Shown: positions 26,546-40,804, counted from the stretch's first letter. The stretch is DNA of 64,000 nt from Octopus vulgaris (GCA_951406725.2 OX597815.1:39556001-39620000); one strand, 5' to 3'. Translations and numbers: made by a program. Notes: generated by a model from the sequence alone, not told the origin.

Positions 26546-27544
26546 TCTTTTAGTCTTTTGAGTGTTTGTATGTGTGTGTGTGTGTGTGGACTCGACAGAA
26601 TGGGTAAGGTGTTGGAAAAATGCTTTGCAAATTTTCTGCTTTTGAGTGTATTTCGTTACGTTACATTCCGAGTTCAAATCCCGCCGAGGTCAAAAATGTT
26701 TTTTTTTCACCCCTCCGAAGCTGATAAAATGAAGTACCAGTTACATAATGGCCTCATAATATTGAATAACACACTTCCTCTGAAATTTGTTAAGCCTTGT
26801 ACCTCAATCAGAAACAATTATTGTTATTTTATTTTTCATTTTGGTTTGTATATAATTTTACTCCTTACATTTCTTCACATTCTTTAAGTGCAGTTTTAGT
26901 TTGTATAGCCTTCTCTCCCTTCCTCCTCTGTCTCTTTCTCCCCCTTTCTGTCCTCTCTATCTCTCGCTCACTCTCTCCCCTGTCCAGCCGGGTTTTTTTA
27001 ATCCTCTGCTGGATAATACTTCAACAAGCGGTAGCTGGTTTATCAATGCTGAATGTAGGCTGCCAACTTGTTAGCGCTGACCAACTAACATGAGTTAGAA
27101 GACAAAGGTGCTCCTATAATCGGGAGAGTAGCCCAGTCACCGAGAGTTACTCGATATTTGAACTCGGAGTTCAAAACACGGGAGTGATATTACTAAGTAC
27201 TTCGTGTGACTAATAAATTTACCAACTTTAAGCCTGTCCTGTCACTTCGTTTATCGACTCCAAAGGATGTAAGTCAAAGATGAACCGGGAGATTTGAACG
27301 CGCGCGCGCGTGTGTGTACCAGTGTGTATAACATCAAAATGTACATCCAAAGAAAGGCACCAGCTGTAGTGTCTCTCAGAAACTTCTCAAAGATTTGTGC
27401 ATTACAAGGAACAGGGCTTCCTTTAGAATGTCGGTAGGTTACTGGATACGGTTTCCTCATTAGGTTTCCTCAGTGACGAATACCTCAGATATTCTAAACC
27501 AAGTCGGAAATGATTATTCCGACACGGAAATCAATAATCTAGAC

Positions 27545-27745
27545 CAGTGCTTTTCAAACTTTTTGCTGGAGCGGAACCCCAAGGAAACATTCCACTGGCT
27601 CGAGGAACCCCTGTGCAATAATTTAATAGTCTTATGCACACATATCTGCACAGGAGACTTAAAAATTACTGCCGATTTTAGCAGTTTTGTAACTTCTTGC
27701 GGAACCCCTGCACTGTACTGGCGGAACCCTGGTTGAAAACCACTG
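27545..27745. mobile_element. hAT-superfamily (Charlie-like) MITE
   Basis: TIRs cagtgcttttcaa / ttgaaaaccactg; perfect 8-bp TSD atctagac at 27537-27544 and 27746-27753; internal ggaaccc repeats. Confidence 0.9.
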
Positions 27746-28007
27746 ATCTAGACATTCACAGAAGAGACCTTACCAACTAGCTGAGTTTCTCAAAATGGAC
27801 GTGATAATATTTTGGTGGGCGTGGGTTACTTTAGAATGGGCTGCGTGGAAGCAACAAATGAATATACTTCCAACCAAGTTTACATACATACACACATATG
27901 TAGTAGAAAACACTTGCCCAAGGCGACATGCAGTGGGACTGAACCTGGAACTATGTGGCTGGGAAGCAAACTTCATACTACACAGCCACGCTTGCACCTA
28001 CGTATAC

Positions 28008-28417
28008 GGCGGCGAGCTGGTAGAAACGTTAGCGCGCCGAGCGAAATGCTTAGCGGCATTTCGTCTGTTGTTACGTTCTGAGTTCAATTTCTGCCGAGGT
28101 CGACTTTGCCTTTCATCCTTTAAGGGTCGATAAATAAAGTACCAGTTACGCACTGGGGTCGATGTAATCGACTTAATACCTATGTCTGTCTTTGTTTGTC
28201 CCCTCTATGTTTAGCCCCTTGTGGGTAATAAATAGGTATTTCGTCTGTCGTTACGTTCGGAGTTCAAATTCCGCCGAGGTCGACTTTGCCTTTCATCCTT
28301 TCGGGGTCGATAAATAAAGTACCAGTTACGCACTGGGGTCGATGTAATCGACTTAATCCCTTTGTCTGTCCTTGTTTGTCCCCTCTATGTTTAGCCCCTT
28401 ATGGGTAGTAAAGAAAA
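28008..28417 (+). mobile_element. Dimeric SINE family A
   Basis: Same layout and internal junction (aataggtatttcgtctg) as the 22579 copy. Confidence 0.9.
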
Positions 28418-30310
28418 TATGTACACACGCACGCACACACACACACACATACACACTTACTATGCACTTTGTCCATTCATGTAGGAGTAGATTTTTTGGA
28501 GAAAAATCGAAGTGAGGCGTTGAGCAAAACAGTTTTCAGAAACACTGAGCTAGGCCACTGTTTTTCCAATTGCCCCCTAAATGAGGAGCAGCTGAATTCT
28601 GGTGCTGCCCTCTCCACATCAGCTTTCATATCTAGACGTTTTGCAGGGTCGATTGTGGGAATGCTGAGAGGGTGGATATGAGACGATCAAAGCATCTGTT
28701 TTGGTGCTGCCTGTGTAACGTCAGATGTTTTAACGTTTTTCTTTCTCTCCAATTTTATTTCTCTCTCTCTCTCTGTATATTTCTGCGCGCATGTGTGTGT
28801 GTGTGTGTTTGCTTCCAGTGCCAAAAAGTACTATCACCAAAACAGGTTGAATGTCTGGTCAGTTGTGCCGGCTGACTGGACACCAGCGTTCAAACAGCCG
28901 CACCCAGTCATTTCATTCCGCAAAAAGGTGTTTGTATGTGTTTACAACGACACAGACACCTGAAACAATTAACGGAACCCTTCTCGAATTCCAGTGGCGG
29001 TTGTTGATTATTAACTTCAGTATCACACACACACACACATTTGTCTACGTGTGTGAGGGTATGAAGTAGTCAATCTGGTAACATTAGTATATTTTAATAT
29101 GAGCATTTCAAAGCATGTCTTGTTTAATTCATCGTTTACATTTACGCAGCCGACATGCATTGTTCTTCAGACTATACATTTTTTTTCACTAATTCATTAT
29201 AATTTTGCGCAATCCAGAAAATACAAAATCTCCCATGAGACAAAATATAATAAACATCCATATGAAATTATCATTGATTAAATTATAATTTGCTCAAAAG
29301 AAATTTTATATCAAATAATTCGCAAAGATTGCTGGAATAAATATATTATACCATACTGATATCATTTCATTAAAGTCCCATGGTGGAACTTCTTTTTCTG
29401 TATGTGTCTCTTTTTCAGTTTCATTTTCTATCTCCTTCTCACTTATATGAGTTGGGCATTGTTCGTGTTAGCCCATGCTTGCTAACAATTGCCACATGTC
29501 TCCCAAATCCGATCAAGAACTGAAGATAGCTTTGGTTTCGTATATTTTCCCGTGGACACAACGCCTAGTTTCTTGTCGTTCACCTAGGTTGCCTACTTCC
29601 TGTAAGGCGAGCCAACGGGAGAGCGTGTGCGTTTTTATTTTGTTTTGTTTTTTATCTTTTAAACAGGCGGGAAAGGTTGTGTGCTCATGACCCTTTAGAG
29701 GGCTTCAGAGTGATGTGAAGAAACAAGGAAGGCATCCTCAAAACGGAAACGTAGCCCGGATGCTTGCAACAGAATGCCCCCCCCCCTCACTAAAGACACA
29801 TAAAATGCCAGAAATAACCGTCGAATCTCTCTCAAATTACATCACATCGTCTTTTAAAATAGTTATTCAGGATATTGTAGTCTACTCTCCAAAGTAACGA
29901 AAAAAAGGCGGGATGGTCGCGAATTGAGTGCCTTTGGTCATAACTATGATTGATAATGGTCGACTGGGGACGAAATAATAACAATTTCCTAACACCAAAT
30001 TGTGTAGAAATCTGCTTGTTACAAATTCAATTGATAGATCGGGGCGTGGGGGGGGGGGGGATCTTACGATTTTCTTTTTTTTTTTTTGAGAAAAATAAAA
30101 GGTTGTGTTACTAAAGAATCGCCACACCATAATAGCCAACAGAGAAATTTGATCTACCCTGCAAAAAGAATCGTCACGCCAGTTCCCAATAAATATAATT
30201 TGTACAATTAGAGTATCGTAAATCTATTCCTTTGTGTTATGCGTTAGTATCGTAAAAGTTTAAAGAAAAATATAAATCATGTTCTAAAATTAACTAAAAT
30301 GGTAATAAGT

Positions 30311-30614
30311 GATCACCGTGACTGACCAGGTTATCAGATGTTGCTACACATCGTTGGTTACAATGCGCTTCGCATTGTTTTAGCATTCAAATGACGCCAC
30401 CCTGCTGGCTAAGCGAGCAGGCCAACAGAAGAAAGAGTGAGAGAACATTGTGGCGAAAGAGTACAGCAGGGATCGCCACCCACCCCCTGCCGGAGTCTCG
30501 TGGAGTTTTAGGTGTTTTCGCTCAATAAACACTCACAATGCCCGGTCTGGGAATCGAAACCGCGATCCTACGACCGCGAGTCCGCTACTCTAACCACTGG
30601 GCCATTGCGCCTCC
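30311..30614 (-). mobile_element. SINE family C (tRNA-derived head), tail type 1
   Basis: Minus strand ggaggcgcaatggcccagtggttag (A box)...ggtttcgattccc (B box); near-TSD ggtaataagt / ggtaatgagt. Confidence 0.9.
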
Positions 30615-30669
30615 GGTAATGAGTAATTTTGCAAAATATGATCAATATGTTTTATTTTAGCAGTAGCGG

Positions 30670-30860
30670 TGTTATTGCTGTTTAGCCCAGGTCAGACCTG
30701 ATCGTGCAACCCTAGCAATAAAAGCGTTCCAGCCGTGAACACCTTGCATTTTTCTATATCAGGGATCACATTCTAATACATATTTCTCATGTAAGAAAGC
30801 ACTGTATGATTTGAGGAAGATTTGTCTGCGGTTCCTTGCAGGGCAAGTGACCGCAAAGAG
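30670..30860. mobile_element. Old dispersed repeat family D (representative copy)
   Basis: tttagcccaggtcagacctgatc...ttccagcc...gatttgaggaagattt; related copies near 6700, 13430, 14390, 14715, 37490, 41930, 49710 and 58170. Confidence 0.6.
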
Positions 30861-31355
30861 GGTATATTGATTGGTAATAAAGGTAGATGTATTGTAGTAG
30901 AGCTGTTTGAGGTGTTAGTGGGGGGTAATATTGATGGTGGTACTTGCCCCGATGCTAGTGGTGTTAGAGGTTATAATAGTGGTGATAATAATGGTAGTGG
31001 TGTTGGTGATGGCTGTGGTAGTGTCGGTGGAGGATGTATTATAGTGGTAGTGATAATCGTATTGGTTTTGATAGTGGCGACCTATCGGTAAAATGTGTGT
31101 GCTCTAGTCCCACACTAACTCCCGGTGAAAAACTATTAACCCAGGTGTAGTCTCCTAAAGATTAATAACTCCGGGTTATCCCAGTGGAAGAATCGTCACC
31201 TTACCAATGCCCAGGGCTGGGATCTACTAATTACTTATATTTCAATGTTTTTATTTGTTGTTTCAGAAAACAAAAATATTCTTTGGCCCTACTGTAAAAC
31301 CCAGGCTTCGTGGATTTGTTTTCATCATCGAATTCTTTAGTTGTTTAAATATTGA

Positions 31356-31566
31356 TTTCCAATTTTGGCACAAGGCCAGCAATTTCGATGGAAACGAAAG
31401 TCGATTACATCGACCCCAGTGCTGGACTGGTATTTAATATATCGACCCCGAAAGGATGAAAGGTAAAGTCGACTTCGACGGAATTTGAACTCAGACCGTG
31501 AAGACGAACGAAATGCCGCTAAGCATTTCGCCCGGTGTGCAAACGATTCCACCAAGTTCGCCGCCT
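31356..31566 (-). mobile_element. SINE family A with 13-bp TSD
   Basis: gtttaaatattga at 31343-31355 and 31570-31582. Confidence 0.9.
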
Positions 31567-31864
31567 TTAGTTTAAATATTGAAATATGAAGACACTCTCC
31601 TCTTGCTCGTATATCTCAGCCAAAAACATACACCAAGCGGCCAGCTGTTGAACTATGGGTTCATACATACTTCAAACTATAGTACAGACTTTGAAACTAC
31701 TAAACTACCAAACTACTTTAATTACCTACAGGCCCCTATAAATACCGATAGGTACATTTAATGGTATGTATCCTAGCCAGCTAGCACTAACATCTATACC
31801 GGATACCATTAGTAAACTCGAATTTGTATACGTAGCTGTGAAAATATTAGCAGAAAATTTAACC

Positions 31865-33332
31865 ATGGCAACCAGTGAAAAAAGACGGAAGTATGACTGT
31901 GGGTTCAAAATAAAAGTTATAGAATTTGCTAAGGGCTCTAATAATTGTGCAGCCGCTAGAGAAGTTGGTATGTGATTAGAGAAAGATTGAAGTGTCTTTA
32001 AAGGGAATGCCAAGAAAAACTGTGCCATGAGAACCAGAATTTGTATATGAAAATCTCTCAAAGAGCATGTGGAAGAATGGGTACTGGAAACACGTCAAAA
32101 TGGCTATGCTGTAAGTAGAAATGTCGTATGCAATTTTGCCCGTAAGTTCGCCAAAGTCACCCCTGAAAACATTTTGTGGGATGAGCGAGTTGGTGCACCA
32201 AATTCATGAATAGGAAAAGTCTAGTGTTGCGTGAAAAGACAAGAATAGCCAGAGGTTACCAGAAGACCTTAATGCCAAAATTATAAGTTTCCATAGTTAT
32301 GTTATTGGCTTGAGAAAATAACACAATTTCCCTTTATCACAAGTTGGTAGTATGGATGAAACTCCCAGTAAATTTTGATATGACTAGCAACAAAATTGCA
32401 GATGTAAAACGAGTAAAAACTGTTACTTTAAAACGTGCAGGGCACGAAAAAGCAAAATTCACTGTTGTACTCTCCTGCGTGGCTGATGAAACGAAGCTAA
32501 AACTTATGGTTATATCTAAACGGAAATTAATGTCCAAAAAATAATTCCCGCCGGGTGTGTTCGTTTACGTCCACCCTTGAGGGTGGATGGATGAAAATGA
32601 TGTGAAGCTAGGGATAGAAAAGGTTTGGGATCAACGACCAGGAGGCTCTTGTAAAGTGCGCAGTCTTTTCGTGTTGGACATGTTTAAATCACACCTGGCG
32701 ACCCACACTAAAAAACACTTGCAAAGAAGTATCCCCGAAATTTCCGTTATACCTGGGGGGATTAACATCTGTCCTCCCGCCGTTAGATGTGGAACAGTGG
32801 AACAAGTGGATGGCTGAAGACCGTAAGACATTCACAAAAGGTGGAAGTATGCGTGCTGCTTCACTTGATATTTTGTGTAGCTTTGTTACAAATGCATAGG
32901 ATTCGGTTAAAGCACAAACTTATCAAATCATTTTTTAAAAATATGGAATATCAAATTCAGTGGATGGCATGAAGGTGATGATGGCAAAATAATGATGATG
33001 ATGGCTCTACTGATGGTGATGAATTAAACTATATACTATGATTGACGATACATTAACGTTTATGTCAGATGATGAGAAGGAGGAGGAGGAATTTGAAGGC
33101 TTTTAAAATGGTAACATGCTTTAATAATAATAAAGAAGTAATTTTAGTATCTTTGAAACAAACTTATAAAATTTTACAAATTGTATTAATTTCTTCACAC
33201 GTATTTTATTTTACAACAATTTTGTGCTGCCTTATTTTTGTGGGGGTGGATCGTCTTATCCGGTGAAAATAAGCATAAAAGTGTACTATACCTCAGAATT
33301 TTAAAGATCGACTTATACGCCAGCATATACGG
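31865..33332 (+). pseudogene. Decayed pogo/Tigger-family (POGK-like) DDE transposase with right end
   Basis: MATSEKRRKYDCGFKIKVIEFA..NNCAAAREVG (Brinker-like DNA-binding domain); CENP-B-type HTH; GSMDETP..FDM..AGHEKAKFTVVLSC; GWMDE; LFVLDMFKSHL..VIPGG; stops and frameshifts; terminus gacttatacgccagcatatacgg. Confidence 0.9.
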
Positions 33333-33859
33333 TGATTAGATTTGCGAATACGTGTTCTGTAGTCGTTGCATTTTTCTTAGCCATCATTCATCTTCTTTCA
33401 GTAGTCTACGTATGAATAATGTCATTATTTGGATCTACGAATTGCTGTGATTGATTAACAATTATAGTTTCCACTATAGTTTCCACTAATCCGACATAAG
33501 AAACCCGAAGAGCGATCATAACTGTGTTTGGTAGCATGCACTGCACGCAAGTCCCAAAATAGCTTTCCTACATTATGTATGTGCTTCCCTTTTTGTGGCC
33601 CAAGACAAATATGGCTGCTGTTGTAAACAGATCGAGCGATATTAATTTGCATTGGATTTAATTTTTATCCAAGGTTTCTTTTATTAATATAAGCGTTGTG
33701 TCATTCGTTATTAAAGGGTGCCCAATCAGGAGTATCTTCATATATCAAAGAATTCGAAAATGACAGCAAAGGGATGCGTTATACAACATTGTTTAGTGGT
33801 TTTGTAACCAACTACAAAATTATGCAATGCTCAGGATCCCTCTGACAGACTACTCTTTT

Positions 33860-34240
33860 ATCTTTTCCCTTTCTTCTAATTGTTTCAGTCATTAGACTGC
33901 GGCCATGCTGGGGCACTGTCCTGAGGAACTTTTAGTCGAATGAATCAACCCCGCTACTTATTATTACTATTTTTAAAGCTTGGTACTTATTCTGTCGATC
34001 TCGTTTGCCGAACAGCAAAGTTATGGGGGTATAAACACGCAATCACCGGTTGTTAGTCGGTTATATATGTGTGTGTGTGTGTGGTGTAACAGGCTTCTTT
34101 TAGTTTCCGTCTGCCAAATCCATTTACAAGGCTTTGGTCGGCCCAAGGTTATAGCAGAAGACTATTGCCCAAGATGCCATGCTGTGTGACTGAGCCCGGA
34201 ACTATGGGGTTGGGAAACGAACTTCTTACCACACAGCCAC
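33860..34240 (-). mobile_element. SINE family B
   Basis: Reverse-complement tail, CORE-like part and head. Confidence 0.8.
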
Positions 34241-34584
34241 GTACAAATATTTTTTTCTTTGATAATGTATGCATTGGCCAATAAACAAAATCTAGTATCA
34301 AAATCCTTGGTCCTTAATTCTTACACGTTTTCGTTCTTAAAGAAATAATTTTTTTAACAAACTTTTATACTATTTCAACACACCAAATTGCTAAAAGGAA
34401 TATTCGTAATGATTGGTGAACTGGATAAGAGTGCATTGATCGCTGTGAAAGGTATTGAATATGCTTCCTAACCACATTTTTCTACCAAAATAACACATAA
34501 AAGGAAGAGAATAAAACACTCGGTTATATAAACTAAAATGGGTGGAAGCTGGCATGTAATTTAGAACTTTATAAAAAAAAATTA

Positions 34585-34900
34585 CACTCCATCGGTTACA
34601 GTAACGAGGATTCCAGTTGATCCGATCGACAGAACAGCCTGCTCGTGAAATCAACGTGAACGTGGCTGAGCTCTCCGCAGACACGAAACCCTTAACGTGG
34701 TTCTCGGGGAGATTCAGCGTGACACAGAATGTGACAAGGCTAGCACTTTGAATTTCAGATGTAACACATTCTTGCCAGCTGAGTGAACTGGAGCAATATG
34801 AAATAAAGTGTCTAGCTCAAGGACACAATGTGCCGCTGAGAATTGAACTCATGACCCAACGATCGTAAGCCAAATACCCTAACCACTAAGCTACATGCCT
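34585..34900 (-). mobile_element. SINE with CORE-like head and family C tail type 2
   Basis: Head tagcttagtggttaggg..gtgtccttgagctagacac; tail matches 51040-51180. Confidence 0.75.
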
Positions 34901-37900
34901 TCGCTGGAGCTTTATACAGAGCTGAGGATGAATCTTTGCGTAAGAGAAGGCATTATTAGTATCGTCAATTTGGTCTCACGGTGGGTGTTACAAATAAACT
35001 TAACAATATTGGAACAGTGTTATAACCAGGTCTGCGTCGTGGCTCACGCTGAATTAAATCCACACAGCACCAACTGTAAATGATATATCCTGTGTGAATA
35101 TATTAAAAAACATAATGCCTGACAAGAAAGATTTTTTTATACTGTATACTATTCATCATATAATTGATATTTGACACTATCAAAAGTCATTTGAATCATT
35201 CATTTAATTCCAAATCCTTACTCTTATTTTTTTTTTACGCAGCAGGAACCACGTTATATCAAATCAGATTATTTTAAACTCCGTAATCAGACTTCGTTGG
35301 TGTATATGATAAGTAAGATACACAGAATACTACTATTGATGTTTTAGTTGACAGTGCTAATAGAAGGTATGGTCGTTACCTGTCTATGTTCAGGAACGAC
35401 ACATTATTCTCATCTTAATTTTGTATTTATTTCTCTTATAGTTTACCATTTGGCTTACATCAAGTAGCTCCATCCGCAAGTCATTATCTCTTATCTCTTC
35501 AGTTAGAATACTTCATTGGAAGATAGACGAGACAAGTCGGTAGAGGAAAAGGGTGCTACACATGCACGCATAGTTTTGACCTTTCCTAAATCAATTTTGC
35601 ATGAAATCACAATTGATGAAGTCGATAGGGTGTCCGAACAACCAAACGAAGAATTTGCGATTTGTATTCTCACGATAGAACGTCACTGTGTCCAGTGTCA
35701 GAGCAGCAGAGCCTCAGCAGTCAAAAACTATTATGAGTTGATAGAGGCTCAGAGCTGTAAGAAACTGGAACTGCTCCCAAAATTGGCCCTCTTACCTGCT
35801 AGAAATATTAGCTGATTCTCCCTCAAAGAATTCTCTGTCTTTAAAAAGTACATAAAAACACATAAGATAGTTAATATATTCCTACCTCTGGCGAAAAATA
35901 TAGGATGTTCAGAACTAGAATTCATTGACCATAAGACTTCAAGAGCCATGAACTACAATGACAACAACAAACAACCGAGTGTCTCTTTCGTTGTTTTCCG
36001 ATTCGTTTTGAATTTAAATGCCATCGAAATAAGCTTCTGTTCTTAATTATCCGAAGTTTATGAAATAAATATCATTAACATCAAAGAGTCACTCCAATGC
36101 CGAAATTAATTCGTGCACTCTTATCTAGAAATTTGTGGTTTTATGCAAATATAAGAAATCAATATTTATAGTAATTCAAGAAACAACTAATATTTAAATG
36201 AAATAAAACCATAATTATATACAGGCGACTTTTGTGATGAAGTAAATAAATTTCAACATAAATCGTAGATATTAATGTTAGTTCCAAAAGAGAATTCTAA
36301 AATACGTTCAATCTCAGCAGCTCATTGAAATTGTAGGTCTTACTGAAATAGGAGATGAAACGAAAATAGTATACTTATTGAAATATTCAGATGTTTACTG
36401 CTGATAGCACAAGTTTAATTCTTATAGGTCAACTGATGACCTACTGCCCCCTAAATACTCTGTACTCATAATGCTCCACCATAAATGTCGTTGCACTTTT
36501 AAGGTCTCATCTAAAATATATATCCATCATAAAAAATGGCTGACGTCTTTTTTTTAATTGAAAAAAGCGACCCGAATTTTAAAAAATAAAAGAAAATTAA
36601 GAATGTTTGTTTAGTTTATCCTCCTTCAAAATTATTTCAGTGAACATAGCGTTGGTAAACAGAACCTATTGTTTAAATCGTTAGATTACTCGAAGAGATA
36701 TTTATTTTGCGAAAATAAGCATTTCCATCATCGGAGGAAATTATTAATTTTGTTAAAGCTCAAATCAAACCACTTTGTTAAGATGCCTGTATGCCTTACC
36801 TGAAACTGAAAATACTGGAGGCGTGGTTATCATTATAAAATAGGAAGTGTTCTTTGGTGTATCAGTTTTGTGTTATTCACACTGTTAGTTTTAATCCTCC
36901 AACAAATTCTCTCCAAACAGCTGTTTCAGAAGTTGTTCATATATCCGGAAGCCCTGTTCTCTGTTAAGTGTCTTTTTTTTCTTCACATATGATTATCATT
37001 GTTGTTGTTGTTTCTGTTTCTGGTTGGTATATGACGTCCATATATTATTTCTCTCTAGTATAAGGTTTACAATAATGTAAGATAGAAATCAAAAAACGAT
37101 ATTTTTCTTTTACCCTTCTACACCAAGAACTAAATGATTCTGAGTCATTTGCTTGGAAACAAATTTTGAGAATATTTTATTGATACATTCAGCCTTAACT
37201 TTTATCAGTTTGCTTTGAGCCTTAGCTAACTGAATCACCAGTGCATGAGACAGGCAAACAAAGCATTTGTCCGCGGTTCAACTCAACTTACATATGGCTT
37301 AGCTGACTTCACTGTAAATAAGCTCCATGACTTGTACAGCACGTCACTGAAAATAATGGCAACATTGTTTGATAGATGAGTGTTTTGATGGCTCCTAATG
37401 CTAGATTTAAGCACTTACCTTCCCACCACCACCACCACCAAATACACACGAGTCTTCTCCAAAGATGGATTAACTATTTCAGGTTGTTGTGCTTTGTCCC
37501 AAATTGTACCTGATCGAGCAGACCTATAATAAATGACATTCCAGAGATGACAGTCTCGTTTATTTTTCAAACCTAATGTACCTAGGACTCCGTTATCAGG
37601 TGACATTCTCCTTTAAGACGGTAGCTGTTGCTTTTTGTATTATTTTGTTCAGCAGAGTTAGACAGTCATGTCCATGTTCTTCACTGGTGCTCCCAAAAGA
37701 CTGAGATTGATGTGACTGATGCTCAACCTGAACATCTAAAGTAAAAACGTAGGTGGTTATGGAATCGGAGTTATTGATCTGAATGCTTGCAACATGGTCA
37801 GTTTTGATGAAGTTACTCAAAGTCCTTTTGTACCAATCCAAACAAATTTCTATTTGAGGGAGATTTTCTGCTCATTGTAGCAAGTCGAGATATTACAAAA

Positions 37901-38169
37901 AGAATCTTTGGTTGTCTTATGTCAAGTTAAAGTTAAATGTCTTTACCTGATGCTACTACAGCCTATCAGAGCAAGGACTTATTTACACTTTATCTATGTT
38001 AGTTATGAGTAGGTGTATATGTAGGTCCTACGTAAAATTTAATATATTATTCAGTCACCAATAAATTTGAGCATTTGAGTTGTAATTTGTTCGAATTTTG
38101 TTTCAATGTTCATTGTAAACCGATGAAAAGACTCCAAGACTTAATTTCGATTTTTTGTGAACTTATGAA

Positions 38170-38585
38170 TAGGCGTAGAAGTGGCTGTGTGGTAAGTAGC
38201 TTGCTTACCAGCCACATAGTTCCTGATTCAGTCCCACTGCGTGGCACCTTAGGTAAGTGTCTTCTACTCTAGCCTCGGGCCGACCAAAGCCTTGTGAGTG
38301 GATTTGGTAGACGGAAACTGAAAGAAGCCCGTCGTATATATGTATATATATATGTATGCGTATGTATATGTTTGTGTCTCTGTGTTTGTTCCCCCAACAT
38401 CGCTTGACAACCGATGCTGGTGTGTTTACGTCCCCGTAACTTAGTGGTTTGGCAAAAAGAGAAACCGATAGAATAAGTAGCAGGCTTACAAAGAATAAGT
38501 CCTGGGGTCGATTTGCTTGACTAAAAGGAGGTGCTCCAGCATGGCCACAGTCAAATGACTGAAACAGGTAAAAGAGTAAAAAGAG
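38170..38585 (+). mobile_element. SINE family B (CORE-like), full length
   Basis: Head tggctgtgtggtaag..gattcagtccc, CORE-like gtggcaccttaggtaagtgtc, internal (TA/TG)n, tail ending in aaaagagt repeats. Confidence 0.9.
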
Positions 38586-38829
38586 TATTGCTTCACTTCA
38601 CTTATGGCACCAAAATTTTCGGGGCCTAAACTAGGAAGAGCTCGACATTTTGGATAGTTCTTCTACAACGAAGTGAGAGGTCAAACAGTTTGCATTGAAC
38701 ACCACATGGTCAAATAATTAACTGTGTTTCACAGACAAAGGATTCTCTTACTACTAAGGTAAATACTTTGCGAGACCGTCGTACATTCTCAAGCCCAGAA
38801 AAGATACTTATCTTGCTCAATTAGTCATT

Positions 38830-40780
38830 ACCTCATTTTATCCCCTTTTTCGTGGATTTCCACCGGCAAGTGACAGGATGGCCTTAGGAATCCAGTATAA
38901 GCTTTACTATACCAGCATCTTTGTTGGACATACTGAGGCCCAAATCCTTCACAGTTTACTGGCCTCACTCCAAAGCAATACGGTCGTTACATTGACATCT
39001 GTATCGACATCCCCTCCTTACTAACGAACAGCTCGATTCCATTAGTATCCCCATTCGCTTCCACCCTGTTTTTACATCTACTGTTTCAACGACGTCTGTT
39101 AGCTTCCTGGACATCTATTGACACTGGTCTCTATTGACCACTTTAACCTCCAGCTTCGCTTTTTACAAACCCGCTGACTTTTACTTTCACCACATAAGTC
39201 ACACCAAATTTACTATCTCAAACTCAAAATTATTCTGCTATTGCCGTCTCTGTAGCTTACTCTGACGTTGATGGCTGCTTGCACTAAATGGTCGGCTACT
39301 CACAACGTCGTTATTTTCAACTAGTAGTTTATGTTGCTCGCAATCGTGTCTTAGCTGTGAACCGCTCATCCACACCAAGCCCTGCTTCTCTCCTACCACC
39401 AATCGCCTTCTTTTTCCGCTCGCCTACATCTCGTTGAAAAAAGTATGGAGCGCAAGTGTAATTTCAATAAAGAACAAAATAAGAATTTTTAACAGTAACG
39501 TAAAAGCGGTTTTATTGTATGGGGCTGAGACATGACGAACAACAGTTAAGTCAAATAAGCAAATACAATCATTCATCAACAGATGCTTGCGTAGTATACT
39601 TAAAATCAAATGGCCCGAACACATAAGCAATATGGAGCTATGGCAAAGAACAAACCAAGTTTCGATTAGGGAGCAAATATTTAAGAAAAAGTGGAAGTGG
39701 ATTGGTAGCACAATTAGAAAAGAAACACTAAATGTAGCGAAAAGTGCTTTACAGTGGAAACTGGATGGATATAGAAAGAAAGGTAGGCCTAAGAACTCGT
39801 GGCGGAGATCAACACAAAAGGAACTAGAGAAAGGGAGACATTCATGGCAGAGTATAAGTACAGAAGCGAAAAATTATGCGACATGGAATTCAATTATAAG
39901 TGGCCTATACTCCGCGTTGGAGGGTTAAAGGCAGAAAAAAAAAAACATCTCGTCACTTTACTTCTCCAGCGCATCATTCTAACATACTTCCGTTCCAAAT
40001 TTGACCATGCTATTTCTCACTTCTTCTCTGAACAACTTCTCCCTTTGTCTACATACAATTTGCATGACCTTCCCGTCCATAGTTCTGTCATCTCACGCAA
40101 CACTCGATTTGGATTCTTCCCCACCACTACACCTTCACCCATTGTTATATTTGCTTCATTATCCAGAATATCGCCTTAATACATGAATCTAACGCCTTCC
40201 GTTTCGATGCCCGTTTTACGCCTACAAACAAGAATATTATTTACTGTTTAAGATGCCAACTTTGTTACTTCTAAGTATTGGTACCAATATGATTGACTAA
40301 ATCCCTTGGGGCTGATGCTTCAACTTGATTACAGTTGAATGACTGCTAGCAAGATTAAAAGAATACATATTCCAGAGGAACAACAATAATAATTTGTTTT
40401 GTCAGCTTATGTTGACATTAGAGTGCAATGACTAACGTATATTTTTTTTGTTTTGTTTTGTTTTTTGTTTAAAGACTGTTGGCTGAGGTTTGAAGGAGAT
40501 TAAATTCCTTTCCCGAGCTGTATATGAAACAAAGTGGTTGGAAATTGCTAGACCGTTTTAGAGAATACCTTTTAAATATCCGACGGAACAACATCGGATC
40601 ACTTCGACCTGTAACTCGTCATTCCACATCTGCCTAACCACGTCTGCCGGTTTCCTCCTATCTGCAGTATTGTTTTACGACAAAGATCTGTTTCTTATTT
40701 GCACTGTAAACAACAACTAATTTTTCGTCTCAAAACAACCCACCCAACAGAGATTAGCAATCGTCGTGTTTTATTTTAAT
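38830..40780 (+). mobile_element. Decayed Penelope-like element (RT and GIY-YIG remnants), interrupted
   Basis: RQVTG/MALG..YTSIFVG; GRYID; FHP..SVSFLDI; YKPAD..HTK..RLCS; NLHDLPVHSS; DRFREYL.NIR..PVTRH; QQLIFRLKTTHP. Confidence 0.75.
39435..39944 (+). mobile_element. 5'-truncated RTE-clade LINE with A tail and 9-bp TSD
   Basis: KIRIFNSNVKAVLLYGAET*..RCLRSILKIKWPEHISNMELW..KWKWIG..RKKGRPKNSWRR; TSD acatctcgt at 39426-39434 and 39945-39953. Confidence 0.92.
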
Positions 40781-40804
40781 ACCCAACACATAAGCACCTC
40801 TATA

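Noticed and set aside
25556-26887. 443-aa ORF, the longest in the window
   Set aside because: Almost entirely (TA)/(TACA) repeat plus SINE sequence; open in all six frames
31865-32975. Possible domesticated POGK-like host gene
   Set aside because: Multiple stops and frameshifts plus a retained transposon terminus indicate a dead transposon
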